Origin: Bythopirellula sp.
GTDB lineage: Bacteria > Planctomycetota > Planctomycetia > Pirellulales > Lacipirellulaceae
DNA: 64,000 bases
Assembly: GCA_965216565.1 (NCBI GenBank)
Contig: OZ244170.1
Coordinates: 1,856,001 to 1,920,000 of the forward strand
Direction of reading: 5' to 3'
Positions 10,233-21,300 of the stretch are shown here, piece by piece. Positions within the stretch are counted from its first letter, which is position 1. Each line of letters begins with the position of its first letter. Both the position numbers and the translations under genes were made by a program. Below the pieces are notes generated by a model. It was given only the letters and a program-made list of their open reading frames with translations, was not told the origin of the DNA and did no database searches.

Positions 10233-12254
10233 CTATTGAACAACGGGGTTATCCAAAACCCGTCGCCTGTTGAGAAGTGGTGTCACAACTAGTGAAGCTA
10301 ACACCAAAACAAGTGTTCCAGGCTCAGGAACTGTACTCAAAGCTGCGCTGATGGGTGGCGCACTGCCGTATTGATTTTCCCAAATCACGAGGTCGTCGTT
10401 ATCCACATCGCCATCTCCGTCAGCGTCACCCTGGGATTGTGTCGAGCCACTTCCCAGTCCTTGCTGCCAAATAAGGAAATCGAGACCATCTACCAAACCA
10501 TTTCCATCAAAGTCTGCGTTGTCCGAAGTAGCTAAGCTACCAAAGAATTGAATGTCGCCGATCTGCATGATTGGATCATTCGTGTCACGTAGATCGGTGA
10601 AAATCATGCGATAAGAAGTATAGGCCGATGTATTGGTGACGCTCACCACATCGCCTTCAGTCAACCGAGCCAGGGGGACTTCGTTGGGGTCAAATGCGCC
10701 AAAGTCGATCAGCACCCAATTCTCGCCGTCGCCCAGGCTGTTGTCTTCGCTGACGATCGCATCGTTGGTTCCATAAAGAGCCCAAGCGGCGGGATCCCGC
10801 AAGTCAGCATCATTGGCCGTTGTGATCTGGAAACCGTCTATCACAGACGAACCCACTGTAGGCGTTACGATAAAGCCACTATTCTTATCGCCAAAGTTGA
10901 GATACTTAGTGAGCGCTGCTCCATCGATAGCATTGGCAGGAGATTCGTTGACTGGGTAGTCACTCTGTGGCAAGAAGTCGGCATCGATAGCTAGGATCGG
11001 ATCGTTTGGATCCAATACAGCAGAGCCGGTTCCACCTGTTCCCGTGAAAAACTCTGCTTCGCCCAAGTGCATAATAGGGTCACCAAGGTTTTTTGTCGTA
11101 GGAAAGAGTATTTTGTACGAACTGTAGGTATTTCCATTGGAGACATCTACGAAGCTTCCTTGGGCATCGCGGGTTGCTGGGGTGTCGGTAGTTCCCGTAT
11201 CGATGAATGTCCAGTTTTCGCTAGTTCCCAAGCTGTGATTCGCGCTGGATATCGTTTCATTGGTGCCGTAAAGTTCCCAAGTGGCTGGGTCACGTTCGAC
11301 AAAATCCTGTGCCGTGGAGAATCGCATACTTTGTACCTGCGACGATCCCGAGGCAGGAGTCACAATGAATCCGGAGTTGGCCCCACCAAAGTTGAGATAC
11401 TTATTGGCTCCTGCGAGACCATCGATAGATTTCTCTGGCCCCTCGCCCGGGGGCGACGCACTCAACGAACTGCCATCGGTATCGATTGCAATAATCGGGT
11501 CTCCAGGTAAAAGCAATTCATTGGATCCAGTCAGACCGATATCTACAGCAAACGAACCTGTCGCCACTAAAGTGCCGGTCACTGTGACATCGGCATTGTT
11601 CGATTCATCAACAGCAATTGTATCTGAGAAGTTTATGGGAAAGTTTAGAGCGGCTGTGAACTGAGTCAGGTTCTGTACTGTTGAGCCTTGAGTCAGATTG
11701 ATCGTCGCTGCAGGAGTGGCAGGACCTGGGCCTTCGACCGGATCCTCTAAAGTTGCCAGATTTACTTGCGTTGTGATGAAGTCAGAGACATCCAGAATGC
11801 CTTGGTTGAAGGCTGTGGTGTGGTCGGAAGCATTGAATGTATAGGACAGGTTGCCACCACCAGTCGAGGTGATTGATGCTGGAGGCGCGGATGTATTTAG
11901 CGTGCCACCCAACCCAAGGGCATCGATGTGGATGTTCAAGATTCCACCAAGCAACGGCAGATCGAACATCATCGTGTTGTCCGCGGTATAGCTTCCACCG
12001 GTGAAGTTCAAACCGTTTATCAACGGCGTCCCTCCCGAAGGATCAATTGAAAGAATCGAATTGATCGAGCCACTGAGGGGGCTGCTATCCGTATCGGTTG
12101 CTTGACCTTGCACACCGGTTTCGATGGTTACACTCGATTGGGTGTTATCAACAGCAAACATAACAGGACGATCAACGGCCTGCGATTCGCATGCAATCGC
12201 TCCCAGAATAACAATACTTAACGAGATTCTAAGTAACTTGTTTAATCGATTCAC
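10233..12254 (-). CDS. PEP-CTERM surface protein: N-terminal beta-rich domain (paralog of 2964..5990), 2 discoidin-like repeats, dockerin-like domain
   Basis: Two KYLNFG repeats; [29 protein letters not shown] at 12254 has GGAG upstream (track start 12269). Confidence 0.88.
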   Translation of the reverse strand: MNRLNKLLRISLSIVILGAIACESQAVDRPVMFAVDNTQSSVTIETGVQGQATDTDSSPLSGSINSILSIDPSGGTPLINGLNFTGGSYTADNTMMFDLPLLGGILNIHIDALGLGGTLNTSAPPASITSTGGGNLSYTFNASDHTTAFNQGILDVSDFITTQVNLATLEDPVEGPGPATPAATINLTQGSTVQNLTQFTAALNFPINFSDTIAVDESNNADVTVTGTLVATGSFAVDIGLTGSNELLLPGDPIIAIDTDGSSLSASPPGEGPEKSIDGLAGANKYLNFGGANSGFIVTPASGSSQVQSMRFSTAQDFVERDPATWELYGTNETISSANHSLGTSENWTFIDTGTTDTPATRDAQGSFVDVSNGNTYSSYKILFPTTKNLGDPIMHLGEAEFFTGTGGTGSAVLDPNDPILAIDADFLPQSDYPVNESPANAIDGAALTKYLNFGDKNSGFIVTPTVGSSVIDGFQITTANDADLRDPAAWALYGTNDAIVSEDNSLGDGENWVLIDFGAFDPNEVPLARLTEGDVVSVTNTSAYTSYRMIFTDLRDTNDPIMQIGDIQFFGSLATSDNADFDGNGLVDGLDFLIWQQGLGSGSTQSQGDADGDGDVDNDDLVIWENQYGSAPPISAALSTVPEPGTLVLVLASLVVTPLLNRRRVLDNPVVQ

Positions 12255-12305
12255 AATACTTCTCCGCAATAATCATTGATAAGAACTGTTTTCCATAGAA
12301 AAGGG

Positions 12306-14432
12306 TTACACCGGCGAACGTTTATAAGGACTCGATAAGGGCTCGTCCGAGGTAGGCTTTGTCTGAGGCAATACTGGCTGAGGCGGGTCGATTCGTAATG
12401 CAGGAGAGGTTGGTTGCTCCCATGTGACCTGCTCAAAAACATTGCAAGGGGCCGACACCATTTGCCCACTGCCCGGACAAAGCGGAAATCGACCCATCGC
12501 CGCGAGCACATACCAGGCACTCATTTCACCATTATCTTCATCGCCCGGCAGATTCTCTGGAGTGTAAAGCCCGAGCATTACCCGCTCGACTTGCTGACTT
12601 GTCCAATCCGGTCGCCCCAGTGCGGCGGCATACCACAGAAAGCCATGCACGGGCTGGTTGGAATGTGCATATTGTCCGAAAGATTTTCCTTGCTGGTCAA
12701 CGGCATTTGCCATCTCGCGCATCTCATGGATCGACTCTGCGTAAGTGCCAACCCGGTAAGTTGGCTCAGTAGAAAGCAAAGTATCGAGTCCTTCGACGAG
12801 CGAGTCCTTGCCACCAAACAATTCGGCCAAGCCCTGGGGATCGTGGGGCACATGGAACGAGTGTTGCCAAGCGCTTCCTTCAATGTACGATCCGCCCCAG
12901 GATAGAGGGTCCCAAGGTTCGGTCCAGTCGCCGCTCTGATCTCGTGGCCGCATGAGCTTGGCTGGAGCGTACCAAAGATTCTTGTAATTCTGGCTCCGCC
13001 GCATCAGATGTTCCGCATCTTCGGCGTAGCCAAGTCTTTGAGCAACTTGGGCAATACACCAATCGGAATAGGCGAAGTCGAGCGTCCGGCTTACGCTGTA
13101 CGGTGTAAGGTCAGCAGGCACATATCCTAAGCGGTCGTACAGTTCCAGGCCAAGGCGACCATACATGGCGGGTTCGTCGCTTACTTCAAACGCATTTCGG
13201 CGGATAGCTTGATAAGCTTCTTCGTACTCGAAGCCCGGAATGCCTTGCAAAATGGCACCGCTAAGAACCGAGTCGGAATAGGTACCGACCATACAATTTC
13301 GATAACCAGGACTTGCCCACTTCGGCAACCAACCTTTGTGGCGATAAGCTTGGAGAAATCCCTCGACGATGTCGCCATAACCTGTGGGATCAATTAAAGC
13401 CAATAGAGGATAGACGGTTCGGTGGGTATCCCAGAAGCCGTTGTTGGTGTAGATCTTTCCGGATCGAATCTCGCCGTCATAGGGGCTGCGGTGCAGGCAA
13501 CCACCCTGTCCGTCCGGTTCATGGCCACACATGGGGAAGAGTCCGACCCGCCACATGGCAGTTGCCAGGCAGCGCTGTGCTGAAAGTGATCCTCCCACAG
13601 CTTGAATCTTCGAGAACCAATTACTCCACAAATCTGACGTCTCTGATGAGACCTGGGATAACGTTTGCGAGCCAATTTCTTGGCCAAGGTTCAAACGTGC
13701 TTGCTCGTGGCTGATGAAACTTGTAGCTACGCGTACAACGACCTTGCGGCTATCGCCAACGCGGACATATGCGCCAGCGCGAGCGCATGAAATTTGGTTG
13801 ACCCCGGCGGCAAGATGCGAGTCGTTAAAGACCCCGCTTTCAGTGGCCGAGGCTTGTATTTCCACAACAAAGTAGCACCCGTACCCCTCGGCACACCCCC
13901 CATGGTTGCTGTAACTCACTCCCAAGATTTCGCAAGTCTGTTCCTTCTCGACAATCTGAACTTCGCCTAACGATAAACCCTCAGCATCTCCTGTTTGCAG
14001 AACAATCGCTGGTTCGCCGGTTTCGGGAAATTTCATTTCGAATAGGGCACATCGACTCGAAACAGAAAAATCGGCCTCGGTACCATAACGCTGAAAGCTG
14101 ATCTTTCCTCGAGCTGGCGTCAGGATGGTGTCCTTAAGCTCAAAACTACTCGCCCTGCTTTCGGGCAAGGTATTGATGGGGCCCACTACAGGAATAATGT
14201 CGAAATGCCCATAGTCACCCATCCACGGCGAAGGCGAATGAGTTGCCCGTATTCCGCAGATAGTGTCTTCCTGGGAATCAAAGGTAAATCGACCATCACT
14301 TGTTTGCGGTGTCCAATATGTCATTCCACGAGGTACCCCGATTGCGGGATAGGTATTCCCGGTGGAGAACTCGCGTCGGCTGTTCGAGCCTTGCAGAGTA
14401 TTGACTAGTTGGAGTGTGTCTTTTCGAAGCAT
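12306..14432 (-). CDS. GH92 alpha-mannosidase, probably alpha-1,2-specific and cytoplasmic
   Basis: GNTYPA..P.GM..WTPQT, THSPSPWMGDYG, GFWDTHRT.YP, YIEGSAWQ, IHEMREM, YAHSNQP, PGDEDNGEMSAWY; no signal peptide. Confidence 0.95.
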   Translation of the reverse strand: MLRKDTLQLVNTLQGSNSRREFSTGNTYPAIGVPRGMTYWTPQTSDGRFTFDSQEDTICGIRATHSPSPWMGDYGHFDIIPVVGPINTLPESRASSFELKDTILTPARGKISFQRYGTEADFSVSSRCALFEMKFPETGEPAIVLQTGDAEGLSLGEVQIVEKEQTCEILGVSYSNHGGCAEGYGCYFVVEIQASATESGVFNDSHLAAGVNQISCARAGAYVRVGDSRKVVVRVATSFISHEQARLNLGQEIGSQTLSQVSSETSDLWSNWFSKIQAVGGSLSAQRCLATAMWRVGLFPMCGHEPDGQGGCLHRSPYDGEIRSGKIYTNNGFWDTHRTVYPLLALIDPTGYGDIVEGFLQAYRHKGWLPKWASPGYRNCMVGTYSDSVLSGAILQGIPGFEYEEAYQAIRRNAFEVSDEPAMYGRLGLELYDRLGYVPADLTPYSVSRTLDFAYSDWCIAQVAQRLGYAEDAEHLMRRSQNYKNLWYAPAKLMRPRDQSGDWTEPWDPLSWGGSYIEGSAWQHSFHVPHDPQGLAELFGGKDSLVEGLDTLLSTEPTYRVGTYAESIHEMREMANAVDQQGKSFGQYAHSNQPVHGFLWYAAALGRPDWTSQQVERVMLGLYTPENLPGDEDNGEMSAWYVLAAMGRFPLCPGSGQMVSAPCNVFEQVTWEQPTSPALRIDPPQPVLPQTKPTSDEPLSSPYKRSPV

Positions 14433-14450
14433 ATTGGATTGGCCTGTGAT

Positions 14451-16508
14451 CTAAGTAAGATCAGGTTTCGGGATAAAGGACGCATCTCTGCTGGGTAGTG
14501 AACCTAGATTATTGTTATGAGAGATCGATGGAGACTCCGACAGACTTGTCTCGTACCAATTCGCAGCAGGCAGTCGGCAGTACCAGGTGTAATACAATCC
14601 CACGAGCCCAATCGCGAACAGGCACGTCCAGACAAACACGCCTGACCAATTCTGAATAAGAACTAGCATCGAGAGCATGAACATGCTCACCTGCCAAAGT
14701 AGTGCGAATGGCGTAGCCAGAAGGTCGTAGTAGTGCTCGGAAGCAACTTTCTTCTGTTCTGAATTGCTCAGCTTTTCAAAGAGTGGTCGCCACAATCCGA
14801 AAGGTCGAGTCTTGTCGTAAAAGGCCCACAAAATCTTGTCGTCGACGGGCTTTGACATGAGACTTCCAATCAAAGAACCGGAAGTTCCCGCTGCCATCAC
14901 CAATACAAAAACCAAAAACTCATTCATGTCGGGAGCAAACAGTCGTTGGACGACCGCTGCGAGCATTCCACAAATGGTACCAACGGCAAAACCTATTCCA
15001 GTGAACCTCCACCAATAAAACCGCAATACAGAGGGCCCCAGTAGGCCTGCTGTGAGGCCCATGACGATCCAACTCCATATGTCGTTGATGCTCTCGATTG
15101 TCAGCGCAAAAAGAACACTAAGCACAACCATAAGAATCGCAGCCAGCCAACTCGCATAGATCAGCTCTGGCGAACTTGCCGATGGTCGGAGATAGGCACG
15201 ATAAAAATCGTGGACCACCATCCCTGTGGCCCGGTTCAAATGAGAATCGAAAGTAGACATGAAAGCGCTAATGAGCGCAATGAGTAACAGGCCTCGCATC
15301 CCCGCAGGAATTTTCATCAATAACACCGCGGGCAAAATCTTCTCCGCGTTGATTTCGCCTGTCATACCCAGCAATTTGGTTTTCTGTGAGAAATATTCGG
15401 CGCCAAGAGTATCCTGCAAGCTGCCAATCAAAGCTGCATCTTGGGATTCAGGATCATTGGCAATTTGAGATACAAGGGTTTCCCAGCCGGCCTGATTGAC
15501 TTCTGGGTTGGCATTTCGGATTTGCTCTGCCGCACTGAGGCGTGCTTCCTCGGCAGGCAACAATTCACTCGCTAAGCTCAAGCCCAGGATGGCAATTCCC
15601 ATCATCAGTGGCCACCGTGTTGTCATTAGAGATGTCCACATAAAAGTAAGCGTGCCACATTCTCGATCGTTACGTGCACCAAAGTACTTGGGGTCGTCTC
15701 CCGCGGCCATGCCACCGATCAATTGCCTCAGTAAGTACAAGCCGGCAAACAACATCAAATATTCGTAAGCAGCAAATTGCGTTGGCATCTCAGTGGACCA
15801 TGTCGGCGAACCGGAACTCCAAGATAGATTTCCTGTTACCTGTTCTGCCATTGCTGCAAGACTGGCACTATCGGGAGCAATAGACCAAGCGCTCAGAACG
15901 ACGTAGATTGTGGCTCCAAGAATAAAGACGCCTTGAAAAATGTCAGTAACGACAACGCCATAAAATCCTGAAAATGCGGCATAGAATGTTGCAATCGTCA
16001 GCAAGATCAGTGCACAAACGTTTGGCGAAAGCGGCAAAAAAATTGAGAGAAATTGTCCGGCGCCAAAAACAAGCATCGCGAGCATGCCAATGGTGCTTAG
16101 CACAGCAGCCAACACCGCGGCCAATCGTGCAAACTGCCCGCCGAATCCAGTGCCAAACCGAAATACCATCCAATCTGCCGCCGTCAGGCAGCCAGATCGG
16201 CGATGCCATTTGCCCATCCACAACATCATCATTGCAAGGATCAAACAAGCGCCACCGCGAAATTCGATGAATAAACCGCGAGGACCGATTAAGAATAGGA
16301 ATGCGACAATGATTGCCGTGCCAGCCATGTCGAGCATGCTGGCCATTCCCGAAAACCCTAGCGCCCACCAAGGCATACGACGACCGGCAACGATGTACTC
16401 TTCAAGGCTACCCGACGCGCGTCGTTTGAGCACCCAACCAATGGCCAAAAGCGCAAGCAGATAGAAACCAATGACCGCATAATCAAAGTTATTAAGATTG
16501 CTACTCAC
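14451..16508 (-). CDS. Sodium:solute symporter (SSS) family transporter
   Basis: EEYIVAGRRMPWW, SGFYGVVVTD, AFMSTFDSHLN, LRFYWWRF; many TM helices; GTG start overlaps the upstream stop by 1 nt. Confidence 0.93.
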   Translation of the reverse strand: MSSNLNNFDYAVIGFYLLALLAIGWVLKRRASGSLEEYIVAGRRMPWWALGFSGMASMLDMAGTAIIVAFLFLIGPRGLFIEFRGGACLILAMMMLWMGKWHRRSGCLTAADWMVFRFGTGFGGQFARLAAVLAAVLSTIGMLAMLVFGAGQFLSIFLPLSPNVCALILLTIATFYAAFSGFYGVVVTDIFQGVFILGATIYVVLSAWSIAPDSASLAAMAEQVTGNLSWSSGSPTWSTEMPTQFAAYEYLMLFAGLYLLRQLIGGMAAGDDPKYFGARNDRECGTLTFMWTSLMTTRWPLMMGIAILGLSLASELLPAEEARLSAAEQIRNANPEVNQAGWETLVSQIANDPESQDAALIGSLQDTLGAEYFSQKTKLLGMTGEINAEKILPAVLLMKIPAGMRGLLLIALISAFMSTFDSHLNRATGMVVHDFYRAYLRPSASSPELIYASWLAAILMVVLSVLFALTIESINDIWSWIVMGLTAGLLGPSVLRFYWWRFTGIGFAVGTICGMLAAVVQRLFAPDMNEFLVFVLVMAAGTSGSLIGSLMSKPVDDKILWAFYDKTRPFGLWRPLFEKLSNSEQKKVASEHYYDLLATPFALLWQVSMFMLSMLVLIQNWSGVFVWTCLFAIGLVGLYYTWYCRLPAANWYETSLSESPSISHNNNLGSLPSRDASFIPKPDLT

Positions 16509-18337
16509 TATTGGGCACTCCTTTGCAGATAAGCCTGTGGAGAGGCCTCTGAGGTCGTGCCACTCGTGCCAAATTGGTTTGCTGGCGCGGAGCGAGATGA
16601 CATATGTCGAACTAGCTCGCTGGGAGAATCGACGAGAATCGCAGCATCAAGTTTCTTAGCACACCAAGCAGCAGCAGCGACACCTGCAAATGTTCCGGGC
16701 TGGTGATACTTGGCATCCTGGGTCGCACCTAGCTCTGTGAAGCCAGACCACGCATGAACTGCTATCCAGCCAGACATCGGCACTAGAGTATTGACTTCTT
16801 TCTTTGATCTGGACTGATTTATCATCGCTGCAATTTCGTCCGGCGTGCCGGCCCCGGGGCGATTGGCACTGGACCAAATCGTATGAGTGGCCGAGATGAA
16901 CGGGACGCTGCTGCTATTCGGACGACCAATCTCCCACACACGACCTTGCCCGCCTTCATAGGGGTGGTACTGCATGACGAATGCCGCCTGCAGGGACGGT
17001 GCCGCGGCTGCTAGAACTTCCCATGCCTCTAACGTGTGAGGATTGTCTAGTTGCTCGCAGATCAAAATAATCGAATTCAACCCAGATCGCTTCAGCACAC
17101 TTTCGATTCGACTGCCATACCAACGAAGCAGCGAATCTTTTTCTGCAACCGAACGTTTCGTCCCCAAGTGGTCTACGAAAACGTATTCCGGGGCAACCAA
17201 TATCGAAGTCAACGCAGACTTAGTACGCTGAAGATGCAGGTAAGCATCAGGGGCTACCTCGATTAGATCTGCAATCGGCAAGCCAAAGCCGAAAGGCAAT
17301 GTTTCGAGTTCTGGAGAGTGCCAGTACTTTTTATTCCAGACAAAATCTCCCAAGATCCATTGTAGGTTGTCGCCGTCGCTCAACACAAAAGAAGTGCGAC
17401 GTTTGCTTTTGCCGGTCTGGTCTATTTCTCTAGCGGGCACTTCGTCAAAATGTGGTAACTGCACCTCAGTCGAACCAATCGACAGTGCTGGAAGGTTTAA
17501 GGCCCAATCCGAGGGGCAGAGAACATGCCCCCAACTGCTTAACTGTTGGACTGCCTCGCCTTCCTCTTGAAATTGATTCCAACCATGCACCAAAGCCGGC
17601 GCTTGGAGCCACTCATAGACATGTTCAACTAATTCTGACTTGCCCCGAATCGTGAGCGCTCGATGTGCGATCGCGATAGCACGATTGTTAGGGATTTCGG
17701 TAGATTGCAGGAGTAATTGCTTTTTGTTCAAGCTATTCTTGAATTCTTCAAAGCACCAACTCTCGGTTTTACCACGTGCATCAAGCAACTTGGAAAGCCC
17801 CAGTTTTTTGGCTTGGGCCTCTTGTTGCTCTGAAATCAGAACGCCGCGCAATAAGCCCGCAGCGGTAGTGGCAACGTTCACCGAAACGTCTGCGCTCTCT
17901 TTCGCCTTGCCGCTGCTATACAGGATATAACCAGAAACAATCTCTTGCTTGTGGTATCGAGCAACCAAGTCCCAGACTGTGGCATAACCTCGATCCTCGA
18001 TCCCTGTTCGGTCGAGTAAGTCGCGGCGCCAGGTGTGGTAGCTGGCGTTGTCCCAGAGATCTACATAAACCAGCTCATCTCCTCGTCCTTCATTGACGGC
18101 TTGAGCGGCCAAACCCGCCAGCGATTGTGCCAGAAAGGCATCGTCGCTCAAATTGATTGGCTTCTTGTTCGATTCATCTTTCTGAAAACTCAAGCTATCG
18201 ATAGAAACTAAGCCAGCAGGAGTAGTTTGAAGAGGCCAGAGTCGTGTGCTCTCGGTCGCCGTTGTCTCCCTGCACGATAGCACCACCAATAGCCCCAGAG
18301 CTAGAACGGCTTTCAGGAATGAGGGGCGAATATACAT
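16508..18337 (-). CDS. Second GxGYxYP-family protein (secreted or lipoprotein, degenerate signature)
   Basis: SLAGL, GYILY, NVATTAAGL, PSDWALNL, SFVLSDGDNLQW, VHAWS. The GxGYxYP motif itself is not recognisable. Confidence 0.8.
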   Translation of the reverse strand: MYIRPSFLKAVLALGLLVVLSCRETTATESTRLWPLQTTPAGLVSIDSLSFQKDESNKKPINLSDDAFLAQSLAGLAAQAVNEGRGDELVYVDLWDNASYHTWRRDLLDRTGIEDRGYATVWDLVARYHKQEIVSGYILYSSGKAKESADVSVNVATTAAGLLRGVLISEQQEAQAKKLGLSKLLDARGKTESWCFEEFKNSLNKKQLLLQSTEIPNNRAIAIAHRALTIRGKSELVEHVYEWLQAPALVHGWNQFQEEGEAVQQLSSWGHVLCPSDWALNLPALSIGSTEVQLPHFDEVPAREIDQTGKSKRRTSFVLSDGDNLQWILGDFVWNKKYWHSPELETLPFGFGLPIADLIEVAPDAYLHLQRTKSALTSILVAPEYVFVDHLGTKRSVAEKDSLLRWYGSRIESVLKRSGLNSIILICEQLDNPHTLEAWEVLAAAAPSLQAAFVMQYHPYEGGQGRVWEIGRPNSSSVPFISATHTIWSSANRPGAGTPDEIAAMINQSRSKKEVNTLVPMSGWIAVHAWSGFTELGATQDAKYHQPGTFAGVAAAAWCAKKLDAAILVDSPSELVRHMSSRSAPANQFGTSGTTSEASPQAYLQRSAQ

Positions 18338-18379
18338 TCGGCGATGCGATTTGGAATCGATTGGGGTAGTGGCAACGAG

Positions 18380-21300
18380 TTATTGGAGGTGAAAATCAGC
18401 AAACTCAGTAAAAACTTCGTCGGCAAACTCAACGAACGAATCTTCATCGTCCCCTGAATCTCTGTGCAGATCGCTCGTCTCAGGAGCGCTACGTTGTACC
18501 TGGTCTATTGTCGTCGTAGGACCACCTAGTTGCGTTCCAGTTTGCGTGTCTCGACCGGATTCAAGACCGGCAAAGGGAATCGAAGAGTCGACGTCTTGCG
18601 ACGCCCCCGAATCAGCACGAGCATTGAGTTCTTCGATCGTAATCTGGTGCGTGATTTTGCTAAACTGTGGACCCGTGACACTTGGTTGAGGCTCTGCCGT
18701 CAAAGCAGAGTGACCGGGTTGAGACTCATTCAGCGCACTCAAAACCTGCGGACCTGTGTAGTTAGTTTGCCACAGGAGGAAATCGAGTCCCGTTACCGCC
18801 CCGTTACCGTCAGCATCGCCATCTAAAACTGTGGCACCAGTGTCCGTATCGTAGTTCGATTCCCAAATGGCAAGATCGTCGCCATCCACGTCGGTATCCA
18901 GGTCGAAATCTCCCGCGGGTCCACCCGTATAGCGAACTCGGAAAATCCGAGATCCGGTAGCAGTTGGACCACTGGCACCAGATTCCTCATACAACTCGGT
19001 GAAATAAAGTCCGTCCGGGCCAGCACTCAGACCGACTACAGAACTGTGCCCTAGGCCGACGTACTCCACTAGCGTCGTGGGACCGCCAACAACATTTCCA
19101 GCGGCGTCGAACTCAAACTCCACAATCCGTTTGCCCAAAGTCTGTGCACCGGCGGCATAGGTTGGCCCAGATTCTGAAACAAAGGCATGATCCCACATAT
19201 GTTGGGGAAACTGGCTCCCGCTATGCGTCGACTGCTGTACGAAAGTGATATTTACGGGGGCGTGCGCTGGGTTCCAGTTATACGCTGCATTGGTGAACAT
19301 TGAACCGTTGCTGCCGTCCCATCCATAGCTAACGCCCGCATTGATTTGCGCGAGCCGATCAACACTCGGACCGTTTTCAACAGAATAATGCTTGCCGTCC
19401 GATTCTCGCCAAGCGCCACCAAACGGATTGCGCAATCCATAGGCAAACACATAGTCGCGTGCGTTAATGCCATCGCCAGCGTTATAGAAGGGGTTGTCTG
19501 TCGGCACGGAGCCATCCTTGTTCATTCGCAGAATCTTTCCGCGAAATTGGTCGAGGTCCAACGCCGTTGACGCATCGAAACCATCACCATTATGAACGTA
19601 CAGCTTGTCGTCTGGTCCAATCGTAATATTGGAAATCTGATGCGACTGGCCTTGGGTTTCGGGCTGCATGTTTAGCAAGACAGTCCGCGTATCCAGAGAT
19701 AGGCCGCCAGCAACGCTGTCAAGTCGTTCCACTTTGGGAAAATGCGAAGCTCCGCCCGGGGGCGAACCATTGTCCCACAGCATGCCGACATAGAGATGAT
19801 AGATGTCGGGATTCACGGAATCACGTTCAACAGTAATTCCCGTCAGCCCTTGCTCGCCAGAGCCAGAAATTGGCCCGGTGGGATTGTAATCTAAAAGCCC
19901 GGTGGCAAACTCGTGCTTGGTGCCGTCATTCGTAACGACCTGGATGGAACCGTAGAGTTCCGTCACATAGTAAAGCGGATCATTGGGATTCGTTCCCGGG
20001 TCAGGAACAAAGGCGATATTCACCGGCAAGCGGTAATCGCTACCAACTTCCTCGACTACGAAACCAGGCTGCGCCGCGAGATAGGGAACCGAAAGATCGG
20101 CAGCACGTGCGAGGGTGGAAAAGTCTGGCGTTGTTTGTCCGGACTGCCCAAAGTAAGTTGAGCCATCGACTGCCACCCAGAAGATCTTTGTCTCGCCGGC
20201 GGCCACACTCATGTTTGGCAGGAAGATTGTCTGCACTCGGCCATCATCATCAGTAAACGTCAAATCCGTGTTATCCAGCGTGAGGCCGGTAGACCCACCC
20301 GATATCGCTACCCGAACATCTACATGATTGCTGAGAGTCGACGGATTGGTGACCACATTTCCTGAGGCTTCGTCGCCTTCAATCGAGAGCAGCAAATCGC
20401 CACTGCCAGATTCAACACGCAACGAGGGTGCCGCAAGAGGAACCCCGGATTCTCCGAAAAACTGTATTTCGCCGATCTGCATCGAGTTAGCAGCGCCCGA
20501 ATCTTTGACACCCGTAAAAATCATTCGGTAAGAAGAATAGGCGGTGCTGTTGCCTACCGCGACGCTAGGACCGAGCGTGTCGCGAGCAGAAGGGAGCGAG
20601 ACGCCACCGGCGTCGATAAAAGTCCAATTCTCAGCCCCGCCGGTACTATTGTCTGTACTTGTAATGGGGTCGTTCGTACCAAACAACTGCCAAGTGGTCG
20701 GGTCGCGATCCTCTGCGTCGTTGGCAGTGGTAATTACAAAGCTCTTAACAATCGCTGAGCTATTGGGAGGCGTTACGATAAATCCGGAGTTGATTTTCCC
20801 AAAGTTCAGATACTTATCCAAAGATCCATCGATCGCGTTAGCAGGTGTTTCACCGACCGGGTAGCCGCTGTTCCCATCGGTATCTATCGCAATGATGGGA
20901 TTACCCGACGACAACAAAGCGGAAGTTCCACTTTGTTGGCCGTAAAACTGGATCTCTGCGAATTGCATCGAGTTGGCAGCGCCAGAGTTCTTTACGCCCG
21001 TGAATACCATTCTATAGGAGGTGTAGGCAGTGGAATTGGTAACCGAGACACCCGAGCCAAGCGTGTCGCGCGCCGAAGGAAGCGACAGCGCGCCCGAGTC
21101 GATCAATGTCCAATTTTCTCCCGAACCGTCACTATCGTCGGCACTAACGATTGCATCGTTCGTGCCAAACAATTGCCAGGCTGAAGGATCGCGCTCCTCA
21201 AAGTCATTGGCGGTAGTAATTTCAAAGCTCTCAACAATCGATGCTCCAACCAAGGGGGTCACGATGAAGCCCGAGTTGGCTTCCCCAAAGTTGAGGTACT

